Source of the DNA: a virus
Lineage: Duplodnaviria; Caudoviricetes
Virus record (IMG/VR): IMGVR_UViG_3300039918_000012
Coordinates: 1 to 38,324 of that record
Length of the DNA stretch: 38,324 bases
Direction: 5' to 3' (one strand)
A model generated the notes under the pieces. It saw nothing but the letters and a program-made list of their open reading frames with translations. It was not told where the DNA came from and did not search any database. Every line of letters starts with the position of its first letter. Position 1 is the first letter of the stretch. The position numbers and the translations under genes are program-made. Below are positions 25,910 to 36,147 of the stretch, piece after piece.

Positions 25910-26341
25910 GTGGAAATAGTAATAGCGGTAATTGTTGGTGTGGTTATTTGGTATGTTTTGAGGGCTAAAAAGGAAGTAAGCGAAACAAACATAAATCCAA
26001 CCTTAAGCAATGCCTCATACAGTTACAACATTGTGGGCGAGCAGTCATATCAAAATAACTTAAAAAAGATAGCTGGGTCTAAAGAAGAAGAGTCGAAGTT
26101 TTTTGAGTGCTATGCCAAAGTTAGCTCAGAGCCATTTAATCAGTATGATAAGAATGCTGTTAAGGTTGAAATTAATGGTTTGCTTGTGGGTTACTTGAGC
26201 AGAGGCGAGGCGGCCAAACTAGCTGGAAAGGTGGTAAACAAAACTGTTCCAGCGGTCATAGATGGCGGCTGGAAAGATGAAGAAAGCACAGGTAGTTATG
26301 GTGTAAAGCTCGCAATTAATAATGTTAGCGATCTGGCTTAA
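25910..26341 (+). CDS. Moron: N-terminally membrane-anchored HIRAN-like domain protein
   Basis: TM IVIAVIVGVVIWYVL; IVGEQSYQ, EPFNQYDKNAVKV, VGYLSR HIRAN motifs; start at GTG 25910 or TTG 25898. Confidence 0.75.
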   Translation: MEIVIAVIVGVVIWYVLRAKKEVSETNINPTLSNASYSYNIVGEQSYQNNLKKIAGSKEEESKFFECYAKVSSEPFNQYDKNAVKVEINGLLVGYLSRGEAAKLAGKVVNKTVPAVIDGGWKDEESTGSYGVKLAINNVSDLA

Positions 26342-26354
26342 TTGGAGCTTAGAA

Positions 26355-26705
26355 ATGAAAAAACTATTAATTATAGTTGTCCTCTTTGCGCCAACTGCTT
26401 TGCTTGTAGAAACTCAAGTATCCGCAATGTCTATTGATGAGAAATGCAAAGCTTGGGAGAAAAGGGCTAGCGATTTAGTTTTTGAGTATTTTGATGGTGT
26501 ATCACGCGAAGACCAATACAAAAAAATCGATATTGCAGCGGAAAGCGATCCAGAAATTAAATTGATTATGAAAAAACAGGTGGATGGTGTATATGACCAT
26601 ATTCCATTTGTTCAAAATATTGAAATGAGAGACTACTTTCAAGAAGGTTATGCAAGAGAAATTTATAAAACTTGCATTAATAGGTATGTAACCGAAAAAC
26701 CTTAA
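26355..26705 (+). CDS. Moron: secreted/periplasmic hypothetical protein
   Basis: GGAG RBS, signal peptide MKKLLIIVVLFAPTALL...VSA, two Cys that could form a disulfide. Confidence 0.7.
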   Translation: MKKLLIIVVLFAPTALLVETQVSAMSIDEKCKAWEKRASDLVFEYFDGVSREDQYKKIDIAAESDPEIKLIMKKQVDGVYDHIPFVQNIEMRDYFQEGYAREIYKTCINRYVTEKP

Positions 26706-26719
26706 GACAACCCATCAAT

Positions 26720-26744
26720 AAACCCCGCTAATGTGGGGTTTTTT
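26720..26744 (+). terminator. Intrinsic terminator closing the moron cassette
   Basis: AAACCCCGC-TAAT-GTGGGGTTT followed by a T-tract. Confidence 0.7.
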
Positions 26745-26762
26745 ATTGCCTGAGGAAAAGTT

Positions 26763-29684
26763 ATGGCAGCAGCATCCCTTGGTCGGTTGACCTTAGATTT
26801 ATTGGTAAGGCTTGGTTCTTTTGAGCAAGGAATGAATCAGGCTGATCGAAGAACTAGACAAACTACCGAGAATATGGGTAGGGCTTTTAGCGGGTTTAGG
26901 GATCAGGTTGCTGATGCGCTTGGTGGCACTCAGATCGGTTCAATTGTTGATTCGTTTAACGCTAAAATTAGCTCTCTAAAAGGCGGGGCAATGGTGGCTG
27001 GTGCTGCTTTAGCGGGAATGGCAATTGGTGGTGCGGTTGTTGCTTTTGGTGCGCTATCTAAACTCGCAATTGAAACAGCCAAGGCTGACGCGCAATTATT
27101 GGTTTTATCTAATCGTGCCAATACTAGTGCTGAAAACTTCCAGATTCTGCAATATGCAGCATCTGGTTTAGGTGTAACTCAAGATCAGCTCGGCAGTATT
27201 CTTGCTGATGTGCAGGAAAAGTTAGGTGAATTTAGTGCGACCAAGGGCGGCGGTGCTGCTGATTTCTTTGATGCATTAAAAAACAATACCAAAATGACTG
27301 ATGACCAGATCAAGGCATTTGGTAAAACGCTACAAGGCAAGGATGGTGTGCAAGCCATTCAGATGCTGAATGATAAAATGGACGAGCTTGGTGTTACATC
27401 ACAAGAACGTCGGTTTGTATTTGAAAGCTTAGCGTCCGATCTCGGCAACCTAGCCCCATTGTTTGCTGAGAATGGCGACCTTTTGGATAAGTACGGTGAC
27501 GCGCTAAAAGAAGCTGGCGTGATTAAATCAAAAGAAGCGCTAGAGCAATCAAAACTACTGGCTGCACAGACTGAATCGGTGCGGATGCGCTTTGATGGCC
27601 TAAAAAGCCAACTAGCCGCTCAGATGATGCCAGCCTTAAACAGCCTTGTGAGTCATTTTATTGATGGTGCAACAAAAGGTGGTCAGTTTGGCGGGATTAT
27701 TCAGTCCGTTGGTGTGATTGCAAAAGGTGTCGGCATTGTCATTATTGGGGTAGCAGCATCTATTGAGGTAATGATTAAAGTTATCGCTGGATTTATTGAT
27801 CAGGCAAAAAATGTCGCAAAAACCGCAATGAATGTCTGGGATGCGGATGGTGTGGTCAACAAAGCAAAGGCTACATGGAATGGCTTAGCAAATGCCGGAA
27901 CATTGGCGGTAGGAACATTTACAAGTGGTGCCAGTGCGATTCAGACCGCTATGGATGGCGTGGGCAGTATCCTTGATTCAGCAACCGCAAAAACAGACAA
28001 ATTAACAGAAGCCAACCTTGCAATTGCAGAAGCCGCAAAACAATCTGCTACTGGGTTGAAAACTAACACCAAAGAAGCTGATGAGAACGCCAAAGCCAAA
28101 GAAAAGGCAGCAAAAGAAACCGAAAAGCTAAACAAGCAATTACAGGTGAATGCCAAGGTTCAGTCCAATGCGGCCAAATATAATTTTGCTGGAATTGAGA
28201 GCCAATACCAATTACCGAAAGGTCTTTTGTCAGCAATCAATATGCAGGAAAGTCGTGGTAATGCTAACGCTATAGGCCCTATGACCAAATACGGTCAGGC
28301 AAAAGGTGGATTTCAATTTCTTGACGGGACTGCAAAACGCTTTGGTCTTATTGGTAATGCTGTTTTTGATACAGGGAAATCAGCAGAAGCCGCGGCAAAA
28401 TATTTCCAATTCCTTTACCAAAAATTTGGAAGTTGGGAAAAAGCAATTTCCGCATACCATGCGGGTGAAGGCAATGTTGAGCGCGGCACCGGCTTAGGTC
28501 CAATCAATCGGGAATATGTAAAAAATGTTCTTGGCTATATGGATGCAGCCCTAAAGGGTGTAGGTACTACCGCAAATGACGCCATTCAATATGTTGATGA
28601 AACGTATAAAGCTCAACAGTCCATTATTCTAAAGTACTTGAATGAGCAGGAGAAGCTTGAGCTTGAGCACGCAATCTCAATTCAGGAAATTAGAGAAGCT
28701 TTTGCAGAGAATGACCCTCGTCTTGCGAAATATATAGCCCTCCAACAAGTCGCATACAAAAAAGACGTTGCTGAATATCAGGAAGCTCAGAAACAAAAAG
28801 AGTTGAGTGATAAAAAGCAACTTCTTGAGGTTAGTCGAAACTGGATGACCGCAGGCGACTACGCTCGTGAATACTATGCATTGGTACGTGAAGAAATTCT
28901 AAACACTGCTAGTTATTCGCCTGAGATGAAAGAGGCTTTACTTCAACAAGCTGTTTCACAGCAAAACTTTGAGCAATCCAACGAGCGCGACCAAGCAATC
29001 AGCGATTACCGTGGCGTGATGGGTTTTGAAGAAAGCCCACTGGTTAAGCAGTTTGAAGTTTTGGACAAGATGCGCGAGCTTGACTTGATTAGTGAGGAGA
29101 AATATCAGCAAGATAAACTGATGCTGCAAACTAAATATTCAGCATCCTATATGGAGTCCATGCTTGGTGGTTTTGCTGCATTGATTGATCAAAACTCATC
29201 GCTGTATGCAGGGTTATTTGCAGCACAGAAAGCGTTTGCGGTGGCTCAAGCAATGTTGAATATTCCTGCCGCATACTCAAAAGCTTATGACGCTGTAGTT
29301 GGCACACCGTTTGTTGGTCCTTATATCGCGCCTGCGGTTGGTGCGGCAGCAGCAGCTTTACAGGTTGCTCAAGCAGCAAGCATTAAATCAGTTGGTTTAA
29401 CAGGCATGGCCCACGATGGTATAGACAATATTCCAAAAGAGGGCACATGGTTATTAGATAAAGGTGAGCGTGTATTGAATCCACAGCAAAATAAGGACCT
29501 TACTAATTATCTAAGTGATCGTCAAAGCATGAAATCAGAAGCTAAGCCAGAACCATTGCAAAACAATATTCGTATCGTCAATACTTTTGACGAAACAATG
29601 TTACGCGATGCGATGGCAACCCCGTCAGGTGAAAAAATCATTCTGAATGTAATTAAGCGCAATCGTTCAAAACTAGGAATATAG
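26763..29684 (+). CDS. Tape measure protein with internal lytic transglycosylase (SLT) domain
   Basis: SLGRLTLDL N-terminus, Ala/Gly-rich helical body, QESRGNANA...GGFQF...AYHAGEGNV SLT motifs, GMAHDGID...LDKGERV C-terminus. Confidence 0.93.
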   Translation: MAAASLGRLTLDLLVRLGSFEQGMNQADRRTRQTTENMGRAFSGFRDQVADALGGTQIGSIVDSFNAKISSLKGGAMVAGAALAGMAIGGAVVAFGALSKLAIETAKADAQLLVLSNRANTSAENFQILQYAASGLGVTQDQLGSILADVQEKLGEFSATKGGGAADFFDALKNNTKMTDDQIKAFGKTLQGKDGVQAIQMLNDKMDELGVTSQERRFVFESLASDLGNLAPLFAENGDLLDKYGDALKEAGVIKSKEALEQSKLLAAQTESVRMRFDGLKSQLAAQMMPALNSLVSHFIDGATKGGQFGGIIQSVGVIAKGVGIVIIGVAASIEVMIKVIAGFIDQAKNVAKTAMNVWDADGVVNKAKATWNGLANAGTLAVGTFTSGASAIQTAMDGVGSILDSATAKTDKLTEANLAIAEAAKQSATGLKTNTKEADENAKAKEKAAKETEKLNKQLQVNAKVQSNAAKYNFAGIESQYQLPKGLLSAINMQESRGNANAIGPMTKYGQAKGGFQFLDGTAKRFGLIGNAVFDTGKSAEAAAKYFQFLYQKFGSWEKAISAYHAGEGNVERGTGLGPINREYVKNVLGYMDAALKGVGTTANDAIQYVDETYKAQQSIILKYLNEQEKLELEHAISIQEIREAFAENDPRLAKYIALQQVAYKKDVAEYQEAQKQKELSDKKQLLEVSRNWMTAGDYAREYYALVREEILNTASYSPEMKEALLQQAVSQQNFEQSNERDQAISDYRGVMGFEESPLVKQFEVLDKMRELDLISEEKYQQDKLMLQTKYSASYMESMLGGFAALIDQNSSLYAGLFAAQKAFAVAQAMLNIPAAYSKAYDAVVGTPFVGPYIAPAVGAAAAALQVAQAASIKSVGLTGMAHDGIDNIPKEGTWLLDKGERVLNPQQNKDLTNYLSDRQSMKSEAKPEPLQNNIRIVNTFDETMLRDAMATPSGEKIILNVIKRNRSKLGI

Positions 29685-29708
29685 CCGACCTGAAAATGGT
29701 CGGTTTTT
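29683..29708 (+). terminator. Terminator-like hairpin
   Basis: AGCCGACC-TGAAAAT-GGTCGGTT followed by a T-tract. Confidence 0.55.
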
Positions 29709-29721
29709 ATGTGAGTAATTT

Positions 29722-30876
29722 ATGAAAGTGACTATAAACGGGCATAATTATATCTTGCTCACAAAATGCCCTTTGCTTGAAACAACAGAAAGATATGAGT
29801 TCAAGACTGATGTGCACCAAAGTTTTGATGATTCAAGTGAGGAAAGGATTCCTTTACTTGATGCTGCAAGACAGTCTTTTAATTGGTCAATGCTGGCTTT
29901 TAGAAATGAAGTGCCTAAAATGTTTAGCGATCTTTATTCTTGGATGCGTAAAGAGTTCTTAGCACCACAGCCATTAGAAAGTCAGTTAGTAGGAAATCTA
30001 TCAGATGACTTTATAGAAACTGATACAAGTAATCTTGGTATCAATGTTGGGACTTTGATACTTGTGACTGCTATGGGTGTGTCTTTAGTTGTTGAAGTCA
30101 CTGAAATTGGACGCTATGAAGTGATTGAAGATGTGCCTGTATATATCGATGGGTATCGCTTAAATGAAGCTGTAACCGCAAATAATGCGCAAATACAGCC
30201 ATTGAGAAAAGTCATTATTGCAGGCAACCCAACCTCACAAGCCAACGGTTTAATGTTCAAGCCGACACTTAATTTAAGAGTGTTGGATAGTATTGAATAT
30301 CCAATGTCAGCAGAGCCACAGCAATACAAAGGTGATGATCTTTATTTTACCCCTTTACTTTTAGATGGTGATTATCTCGAAATAAATTTCGAGCAACATC
30401 AAGCGATTGTAGATGGGGAAATAGGGCAATTTTGGCAATTCTCACACTGGATTAATCCTTTGATCAATAAGAACTTTCGGGTGATTATGCGTAATCGACA
30501 AGAGTACATTGATTATAAGAAATGGTTCTATCGTCGTCGTGGACGTTTAAATCCATTCTGGATGCCGAGCTACCAGAATAACTTCAATTTCATTTCCCGA
30601 TCTGCTTCAAGTATTACTGTCAAAAATGACAATTATTTGAATGATCGAAAGAATATTGCAATCAAGGCCAATGGAGTCTGGACGGCTCATTCAGTCACTT
30701 CAACAAGTATTAGCGGTGAAAACATTGTGATGAATCTAACGCCACAGCCGCCAATTAATATCGAGCGTGTCTCGTATCTAGGATTGTATCGCCTAAATAG
30801 TGATGCAGTAGAGTTCTACTTTAAAGGTGCGGACATTGTAGAAGCTACAGTGACTATAGTTGAGTTATCGCCATGA
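29722..30876 (+). CDS. Distal tail / virion structural protein
   Basis: Follows the tape measure gene; internal duplication of the E-x-Y-E-F-K-T-D / RRGRLNPFWMPS type. Confidence 0.7.
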   Translation: MKVTINGHNYILLTKCPLLETTERYEFKTDVHQSFDDSSEERIPLLDAARQSFNWSMLAFRNEVPKMFSDLYSWMRKEFLAPQPLESQLVGNLSDDFIETDTSNLGINVGTLILVTAMGVSLVVEVTEIGRYEVIEDVPVYIDGYRLNEAVTANNAQIQPLRKVIIAGNPTSQANGLMFKPTLNLRVLDSIEYPMSAEPQQYKGDDLYFTPLLLDGDYLEINFEQHQAIVDGEIGQFWQFSHWINPLINKNFRVIMRNRQEYIDYKKWFYRRRGRLNPFWMPSYQNNFNFISRSASSITVKNDNYLNDRKNIAIKANGVWTAHSVTSTSISGENIVMNLTPQPPINIERVSYLGLYRLNSDAVEFYFKGADIVEATVTIVELSP

Positions 30877-31742
30877 TGAATATGTTTAAATCTAAGAAAG
30901 ACCTGTTTGAGTTTAAGCATGGTGATAAAACTTGGTATCTAACCAGTTCAGCCAAGGCTGTTGAGCATAACGGGAATACTTATTTACCACTGGTTTCTAG
31001 CCGTAGCGACATTACAGATGAAGATATTGATAAGTGCGATACAGAAATTACTTTTCCGTATCCCATGCAAATATTGAATGCAGAGGGTGATGATCTGCAA
31101 GCTTTGTTCATTAACAAGATTTACTTCAAAAGCGTCGCAGTCACTATTCTTGAGCTGTATAAAAATGAGACTCTGGTCATTCACATCGGTCGAGTGATTC
31201 AGCCCAAGTTTGATGATGATGCAAACACAATGACACTTGTGAGTTCTACTGCTGAGACTCAACAGAACAAGAACATTCTTACTCGTAAGTTTCAAAAGAC
31301 CTGCTCAAATAAAATCTACGATCGAATTTGCGGTTTGAATATTGAAGATTGGTTGGTTGAAGTTACTGTGACTGCGATAAGCGGGCTGACTGTTACTTTT
31401 ACTGTGAATCCAACACCTATGATTGATGAAAATGGCGATCCTGTTTTAGATGCAGTGGGTGATCCAATTACTGAAATTAAATCTTATCCAATCAACTATT
31501 TCAGCCGTGGCGTTTTACATGAATCTGGGATTTTCACTAGCGTGATGTTGAGTACAGAGAACACAGTAACTTTAGGACGAGAACATTATGGATTACAAGT
31601 TGGTGATGTTGTGAAGCTTGCACCCGGTTGTGATCAAACAAGATCAGGCCCGTGTCACACTTTATTCAATAACACACTCAGATTTATGGGATTCCCGAAT
31701 ATTCCAAATTCTAATCCAACAAACGATCAAATTATAAAGTGA
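30873..31742 (+). CDS. Tail tip protein, BR0599/DUF2163-like (Fe-S cysteines)
   Basis: FQKTCSNKIYDRICG, LAPGCDQT...C...FNNTLRFMGFPNIP. Confidence 0.8.
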   Translation: MMNMFKSKKDLFEFKHGDKTWYLTSSAKAVEHNGNTYLPLVSSRSDITDEDIDKCDTEITFPYPMQILNAEGDDLQALFINKIYFKSVAVTILELYKNETLVIHIGRVIQPKFDDDANTMTLVSSTAETQQNKNILTRKFQKTCSNKIYDRICGLNIEDWLVEVTVTAISGLTVTFTVNPTPMIDENGDPVLDAVGDPITEIKSYPINYFSRGVLHESGIFTSVMLSTENTVTLGREHYGLQVGDVVKLAPGCDQTRSGPCHTLFNNTLRFMGFPNIPNSNPTNDQIIK

Positions 31743-31749
31743 GGTAGCC

Positions 31750-31983
31750 ATGTTTGCAATTGTTGCCCTAGTAGTCGCATTAGCCTCTGCTGTTTATTCG
31801 TATTACACGATGCGAAAAATGCAGAAAAAAAACCGACCCGAACCAACACAATTAGACGGTTCTATAGCTGATGAAGGTGTTTCATTTTCTTCAATCTTTG
31901 GCTCTCCACATATACATGGAAACATCGTATGGAAAGGCAATGAAAGCACCGAAGCGATTAAAGCCAAAGGTGGGAAAAAGTGA
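31750..31983 (+). CDS. Small tail assembly protein
   Basis: Hydrophobic N-terminus, ADEG...IFGS...NIVW.G...GGKK. Confidence 0.75.
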   Translation: MFAIVALVVALASAVYSYYTMRKMQKKNRPEPTQLDGSIADEGVSFSSIFGSPHIHGNIVWKGNESTEAIKAKGGKK

Positions 31984-32171
31984 AAATCTATATGTCGGAT
32001 ATTCGAAAAGCAAAAATGTGCTCTCGAGGAACGAGGGCATTTTTTTTGGCGAAAGGATGGGATTTTCAGGACTTTTTAAAAAATGGTATCGATATAAAGC
32101 TTGTCAAAACTTGTGAAGATGCAATGGCTAAACAAGTTGTAGAGGTGGTTGAAAATGGGCGGAAGCAGTAA
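31980..32171 (+). CDS. Small tail assembly protein
   Basis: MCSRGTRAFF...GWDFQDFLKNGI; GTGA coupling. Confidence 0.75.
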   Translation: MKIYMSDIRKAKMCSRGTRAFFLAKGWDFQDFLKNGIDIKLVKTCEDAMAKQVVEVVENGRKQ

Positions 32172-34914
32172 ACAAACAGTTGGCTATAAATACTTCGCAG
32201 GCTTGCAAGTTGCAATTGGGAATTGTATTGAGCGGATTATAAATATTAACCCTGATAATCGGGGCTGGATTTTTACAACAAAGGTAGAGCTAGACTTATT
32301 AAAATTGGGTGATGTCTCTATGCCTGTGAACAAGCCAAATTTATTTGGCGGTGACAAGCAAGAGGGTGGCTGGGTGGGAATGATTGATATTCATACTGGT
32401 CGGCCTGGATATTTGCGTCAAAATGAATATCTAGCTGAGCATGACAGCGATCTTGTATCATCTTTTCCATATTTGTCTTACGTTGTTTTTAAAGGGTTTA
32501 CAATAGATAAGGGCTTTCAGCTTGTATCGATGTCTGGAATGCTAAAAGAGGTACTTTACTGGCCTAAGCGAACACGAATTAAAGATAATGGTGATGTGCA
32601 GTGGTATAAAAGCTATCTTGACAACAATGATAATGAAATTATTGTATGTGAAATCGGCGCGAAAGTTAATGGTCTGTCTCCAAAAGAATATCAAGAAAAA
32701 ATAGATAATCTACCACCCTTATTAAATGAATGGTGGGGGACAGATAACCAAGATGATCTATTCTATAAGTTTACAAATGGTGGCGTTCCATTAACAGGGC
32801 TGATACAAGGGTACTTGTGGAATTTCCATTCCCAATTTGGTTATATTGGGAAAGTCGGATATGTAAAAACTTCATTTCCAGATTCCCTTATAGGTTTAGA
32901 CATTCGTTTAATCATTCTTGCTGATGATGGGATTTCAAGCATTTCTTGGAATGGAGGAGGTTTTAGACTAATTAGAGAATTTTCTGAACCTGCTTTTATT
33001 ACATGTAGAGAATACATTTTAAGCTGCACCAATACCACTTTAGACCTAATGATTGGGATTGTTGATGGTGTGCCATCTGGCACTAATTCTAATCATCGTG
33101 TTGTTATTGATTGTGCAATATCTGCATTTAGTAGTAATGGCATAGTAAATGGAATTGATATTAACCCAATTCATCAAATCCGTGAAATCATCACCAATGA
33201 CACAGCAATGAATAAACCAGAGTCAATGATTAATGATGAGAATTTTAAGTTTGCAGCGAGAAGAATTTGGGATGAAGATTTGGGGGTGTCAGGTGCTTTT
33301 ACAGAGAAGTCATGTAAAGACGCGATTGATGAATTGTTATATCACATTGAAGCTGGTATTCGCATAAATCGGCAAACAGGGAAATATGAAATCGTATTAT
33401 TCCGCGATGATTTATTGAGTTTAAATACTGCTCAGGTATTTAATAAAAGCAATATCAAAACATTTAATATTGAAATTGCAAACATTGATGATGTGATTAA
33501 TTCAGTTAATGTGAATTACTATGATCGCGAAAACATTAAGGATTCATCATTCTCATTGGATGAAATTGGTTCTGTAATGTCATCTGAGGTGAATGCACAG
33601 ACACTTGATTTTCCGTATTTTATGAATCGCAGAAATGCTGAATTGGTTGGCAACTGGAAGCTCAAACAGCTTTCAACACCAACAAGAAAGGGCACATTCA
33701 CTACTGGAAAATATGATGCTCGCAAGATCAATAGGTATGATGTTGTGAAGTTGACTTGGCCCAATCAGAATATGTTTGAAGTGCCTGTACGAATTATGAA
33801 GATTGGGCTTGGAGATGGTCGAGACAATACTGTGACTTTGGACTGGGTCGAGGTTATGCCATATTCATCAACTACATTTCCAACGATAAATGTCGATCCT
33901 CCAACTTCTGTAGTATTACCTCCGCAACCAAATCAAAGCACTGTTTTCGAAATGCCATATTTTGAAGCAGTACAAAGGTTTGGTCAGACGCAAGTTGATA
34001 CTGAGCTAGCAAATAATCCAGATTTGGGATATTTGATGGTTGCGACCAAGAAACCGCAAAATAACTCGATCAATGCATTGTTGTTTACAGATAATGGTAC
34101 AGGTTATCAGCAAGCTTCAATTGTTGACTATTGTCCTGTGGCGACTCTTGATCAAGAGATTAGGTATTTAGATACATCATTTGCTGTGAAAAATGTTGCA
34201 TCAATTAGTCAAGCAGAAGTCGGAACTTTGATTCTTTGTGATGATGAATTGATGGTTTATCAAAGCTATGACACAGCGACAAAGATCTTATCTGTCAAAC
34301 GGGCAGCACTAGATACAGTACCTAAACCGCATTCGCAAGATGCGGTTTTTTACTTCTATGATGCTTTTAATGCTTTTGATTCAGAGCAGTATGTCTTGAG
34401 CGAAGTAGTCAATGCGAAAGTATTAACCACCACCCCAAGCGGGATATTAGGGATGGAAGAAGCATCAGTGCTTACACTTGAAATGAATGCACGCCCCAAC
34501 CGTCCTTATCCACCTGCCAATGTAAAAATTAACGATGAATACTATCCAGAAGAAATTGATACTGATTTAGTTGTGACATGGGTTGATCGCAATCGCTTGC
34601 AACAAACTGGCGGTTCGATTTTGGGATGGACAGATGGTGGGGTAGCTCTGGAAAGCGGTGCAGCAACAATGCTGATCTTTAAAGAACTTGATGATGATGA
34701 CCTCGTTATTGCGACACACAACATAGATGCCACTGGAACAAATACTTACACACTTGCAACATCGGCAATGCAAACAGAAACACAGTCTATTGAAGTGATA
34801 GCAAAAACAGTGCGAGATGGATATGAGTGCTTACAGCCATTTGAATATATTGTTGAGTTAAGTCAATTCTTCTCAGCACCTTATGATTTAACAGTTGAGT
34901 TTAGAAATGACTAA
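32155..34914 (+). CDS. Central tail tip / host-specificity protein
   Basis: MGGSSKQTVGYKY, LFGGDKQEGG, INPIHQIRE, RPYPPANVKIN, WVDRNRLQQ. Confidence 0.85.
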   Translation: MGGSSKQTVGYKYFAGLQVAIGNCIERIININPDNRGWIFTTKVELDLLKLGDVSMPVNKPNLFGGDKQEGGWVGMIDIHTGRPGYLRQNEYLAEHDSDLVSSFPYLSYVVFKGFTIDKGFQLVSMSGMLKEVLYWPKRTRIKDNGDVQWYKSYLDNNDNEIIVCEIGAKVNGLSPKEYQEKIDNLPPLLNEWWGTDNQDDLFYKFTNGGVPLTGLIQGYLWNFHSQFGYIGKVGYVKTSFPDSLIGLDIRLIILADDGISSISWNGGGFRLIREFSEPAFITCREYILSCTNTTLDLMIGIVDGVPSGTNSNHRVVIDCAISAFSSNGIVNGIDINPIHQIREIITNDTAMNKPESMINDENFKFAARRIWDEDLGVSGAFTEKSCKDAIDELLYHIEAGIRINRQTGKYEIVLFRDDLLSLNTAQVFNKSNIKTFNIEIANIDDVINSVNVNYYDRENIKDSSFSLDEIGSVMSSEVNAQTLDFPYFMNRRNAELVGNWKLKQLSTPTRKGTFTTGKYDARKINRYDVVKLTWPNQNMFEVPVRIMKIGLGDGRDNTVTLDWVEVMPYSSTTFPTINVDPPTSVVLPPQPNQSTVFEMPYFEAVQRFGQTQVDTELANNPDLGYLMVATKKPQNNSINALLFTDNGTGYQQASIVDYCPVATLDQEIRYLDTSFAVKNVASISQAEVGTLILCDDELMVYQSYDTATKILSVKRAALDTVPKPHSQDAVFYFYDAFNAFDSEQYVLSEVVNAKVLTTTPSGILGMEEASVLTLEMNARPNRPYPPANVKINDEYYPEEIDTDLVVTWVDRNRLQQTGGSILGWTDGGVALESGAATMLIFKELDDDDLVIATHNIDATGTNTYTLATSAMQTETQSIEVIAKTVRDGYECLQPFEYIVELSQFFSAPYDLTVEFRND

Positions 34915-35794
34915 CAGAATTGAAGTAAATTGGAAAGTTGACGGATTTGTTGATGAGCAGCGTTATTACTGTTCAGAAACACCAATTGATCCTGTAAATT
35001 TGCCAGCGCCCAAAGTGGTGCTTGCAAATGACGTTCGATCTTATGTTGATACTGCAATTGAGGTTGGGAAAACTTATTATGTGCGTGTTAGCTCTGTAAA
35101 AAATGGTGTTGAAAAGTTAAGTGATGAGGTCGTGGTCAAAGCAAGTGATGGTGACGAATATTGGAGTAATGTTGTTTCATTGCTGCATTTTGATGTTGAT
35201 TTTATTGATAGTAAATCCGCAACATGGGCTGCGATGAATGGCGCAGGCGTTACGTCAGCAAAATCGAAATTTGGCGGGGCTTGCCTCGATGCAAGGGGGC
35301 CAAAAGGGATTAAATCAAGCGGGTTGGGTACTGCTAATTTTGGCTCTGATGATTGGACAATCGAATGTTTTATTTGGATTGTGTCCAAGTCGAGATATGG
35401 AGTGTTGTTTGCAAAGCGTGCATCAGGGGCGTATTACTCGCCTGTCATCATGCAATATGATGCTGAAGCAAATTTTCTGACTGCGTATATTTCAATCACT
35501 GGCTCGGCATGGGCTTTTAATATTCTCGCAAATCCACCGATCGGTGAATGGGTGCATTTAGCTCTTGAGCGAGCTGCTGGCTCAGTAACTTTTTATGTGA
35601 ATGGGGTTGCTGTAAATACTGTATCAATTGGCAGTGCCGCATTAATGTCAAACGCAAATGAATTTAGTTTGGGTGTTGATGGCGACGGTAATTACGGCAT
35701 TGATTGTTATATAGACGAGTTCCGTATTACAAAAGGCGTGGCACGTTACACAGCAAACTTTACACCGCCTGACGCACCATTTCCGAGTAACTAA
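34907..35794 (+). CDS. Putative receptor-binding protein: FN3-like domain plus LamG/ConA-like jelly-roll
   Basis: YYVRVSSV FN3 end; VVSLLHFD, DWTIECFI, WVHLAL, YIDEFRITKGVARYTANFTPP. Confidence 0.82.
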   Translation: MTNRIEVNWKVDGFVDEQRYYCSETPIDPVNLPAPKVVLANDVRSYVDTAIEVGKTYYVRVSSVKNGVEKLSDEVVVKASDGDEYWSNVVSLLHFDVDFIDSKSATWAAMNGAGVTSAKSKFGGACLDARGPKGIKSSGLGTANFGSDDWTIECFIWIVSKSRYGVLFAKRASGAYYSPVIMQYDAEANFLTAYISITGSAWAFNILANPPIGEWVHLALERAAGSVTFYVNGVAVNTVSIGSAALMSNANEFSLGVDGDGNYGIDCYIDEFRITKGVARYTANFTPPDAPFPSN

Positions 35795-35796
35795 CT

Positions 35797-36131
35797 ATGG
35801 CAGACTTAAAGCCGCAAGGATTAGTTGGGATTTATCAAGCTGAACCTGCACCTAGCCCATTAACCAAGCCCTATAGCCTAACTGCTAAATATGATGCGGC
35901 GGCTGGTGAAGGTGAGCAAACAACAGATTTAAGTCAAGACTATCGTATAGTTTGGCAAGAGAACGATAAGCGTTTTAATGCACTGCAACGGTTGATTGAT
36001 TTAATTCCTAAACTCCTGAGTTTGTTGGCACGGTGCAAAGTGCTGACCATCCAAATTACAAGGTTTTTATTTCAGATGGGGAGATCAAACGCTTGGCGGA
36101 AAGCGGTGATGTAGTACAGATTGAAGTGTAA
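35797..36131 (+). pseudogene. Chimeric, frameshifted small tail gene remnant
   Basis: Adding one base at CCTAAA^CTCCT (about 36012) gives ...NALQRLIDLIPKTPEFVGTVQSADHPNYKVFISDGEIKRLAESGDVVQIEV with a stop at 36131, just before the terminator. Confidence 0.55.
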
Positions 36132-36147
36132 AAATTTAAATTGAAGC

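Noticed and set aside
28150-28560. Transglycosylase domain in the tape measure as a novelty
   Set aside because: Peptidoglycan-hydrolase domains in tape measure proteins are well known; kept as a feature only
32155-36131. Diversity-generating retroelement or invertible tail-fibre cassette
   Set aside because: No reverse transcriptase, invertase, template/variable repeat pair or flanking inverted repeats noticed
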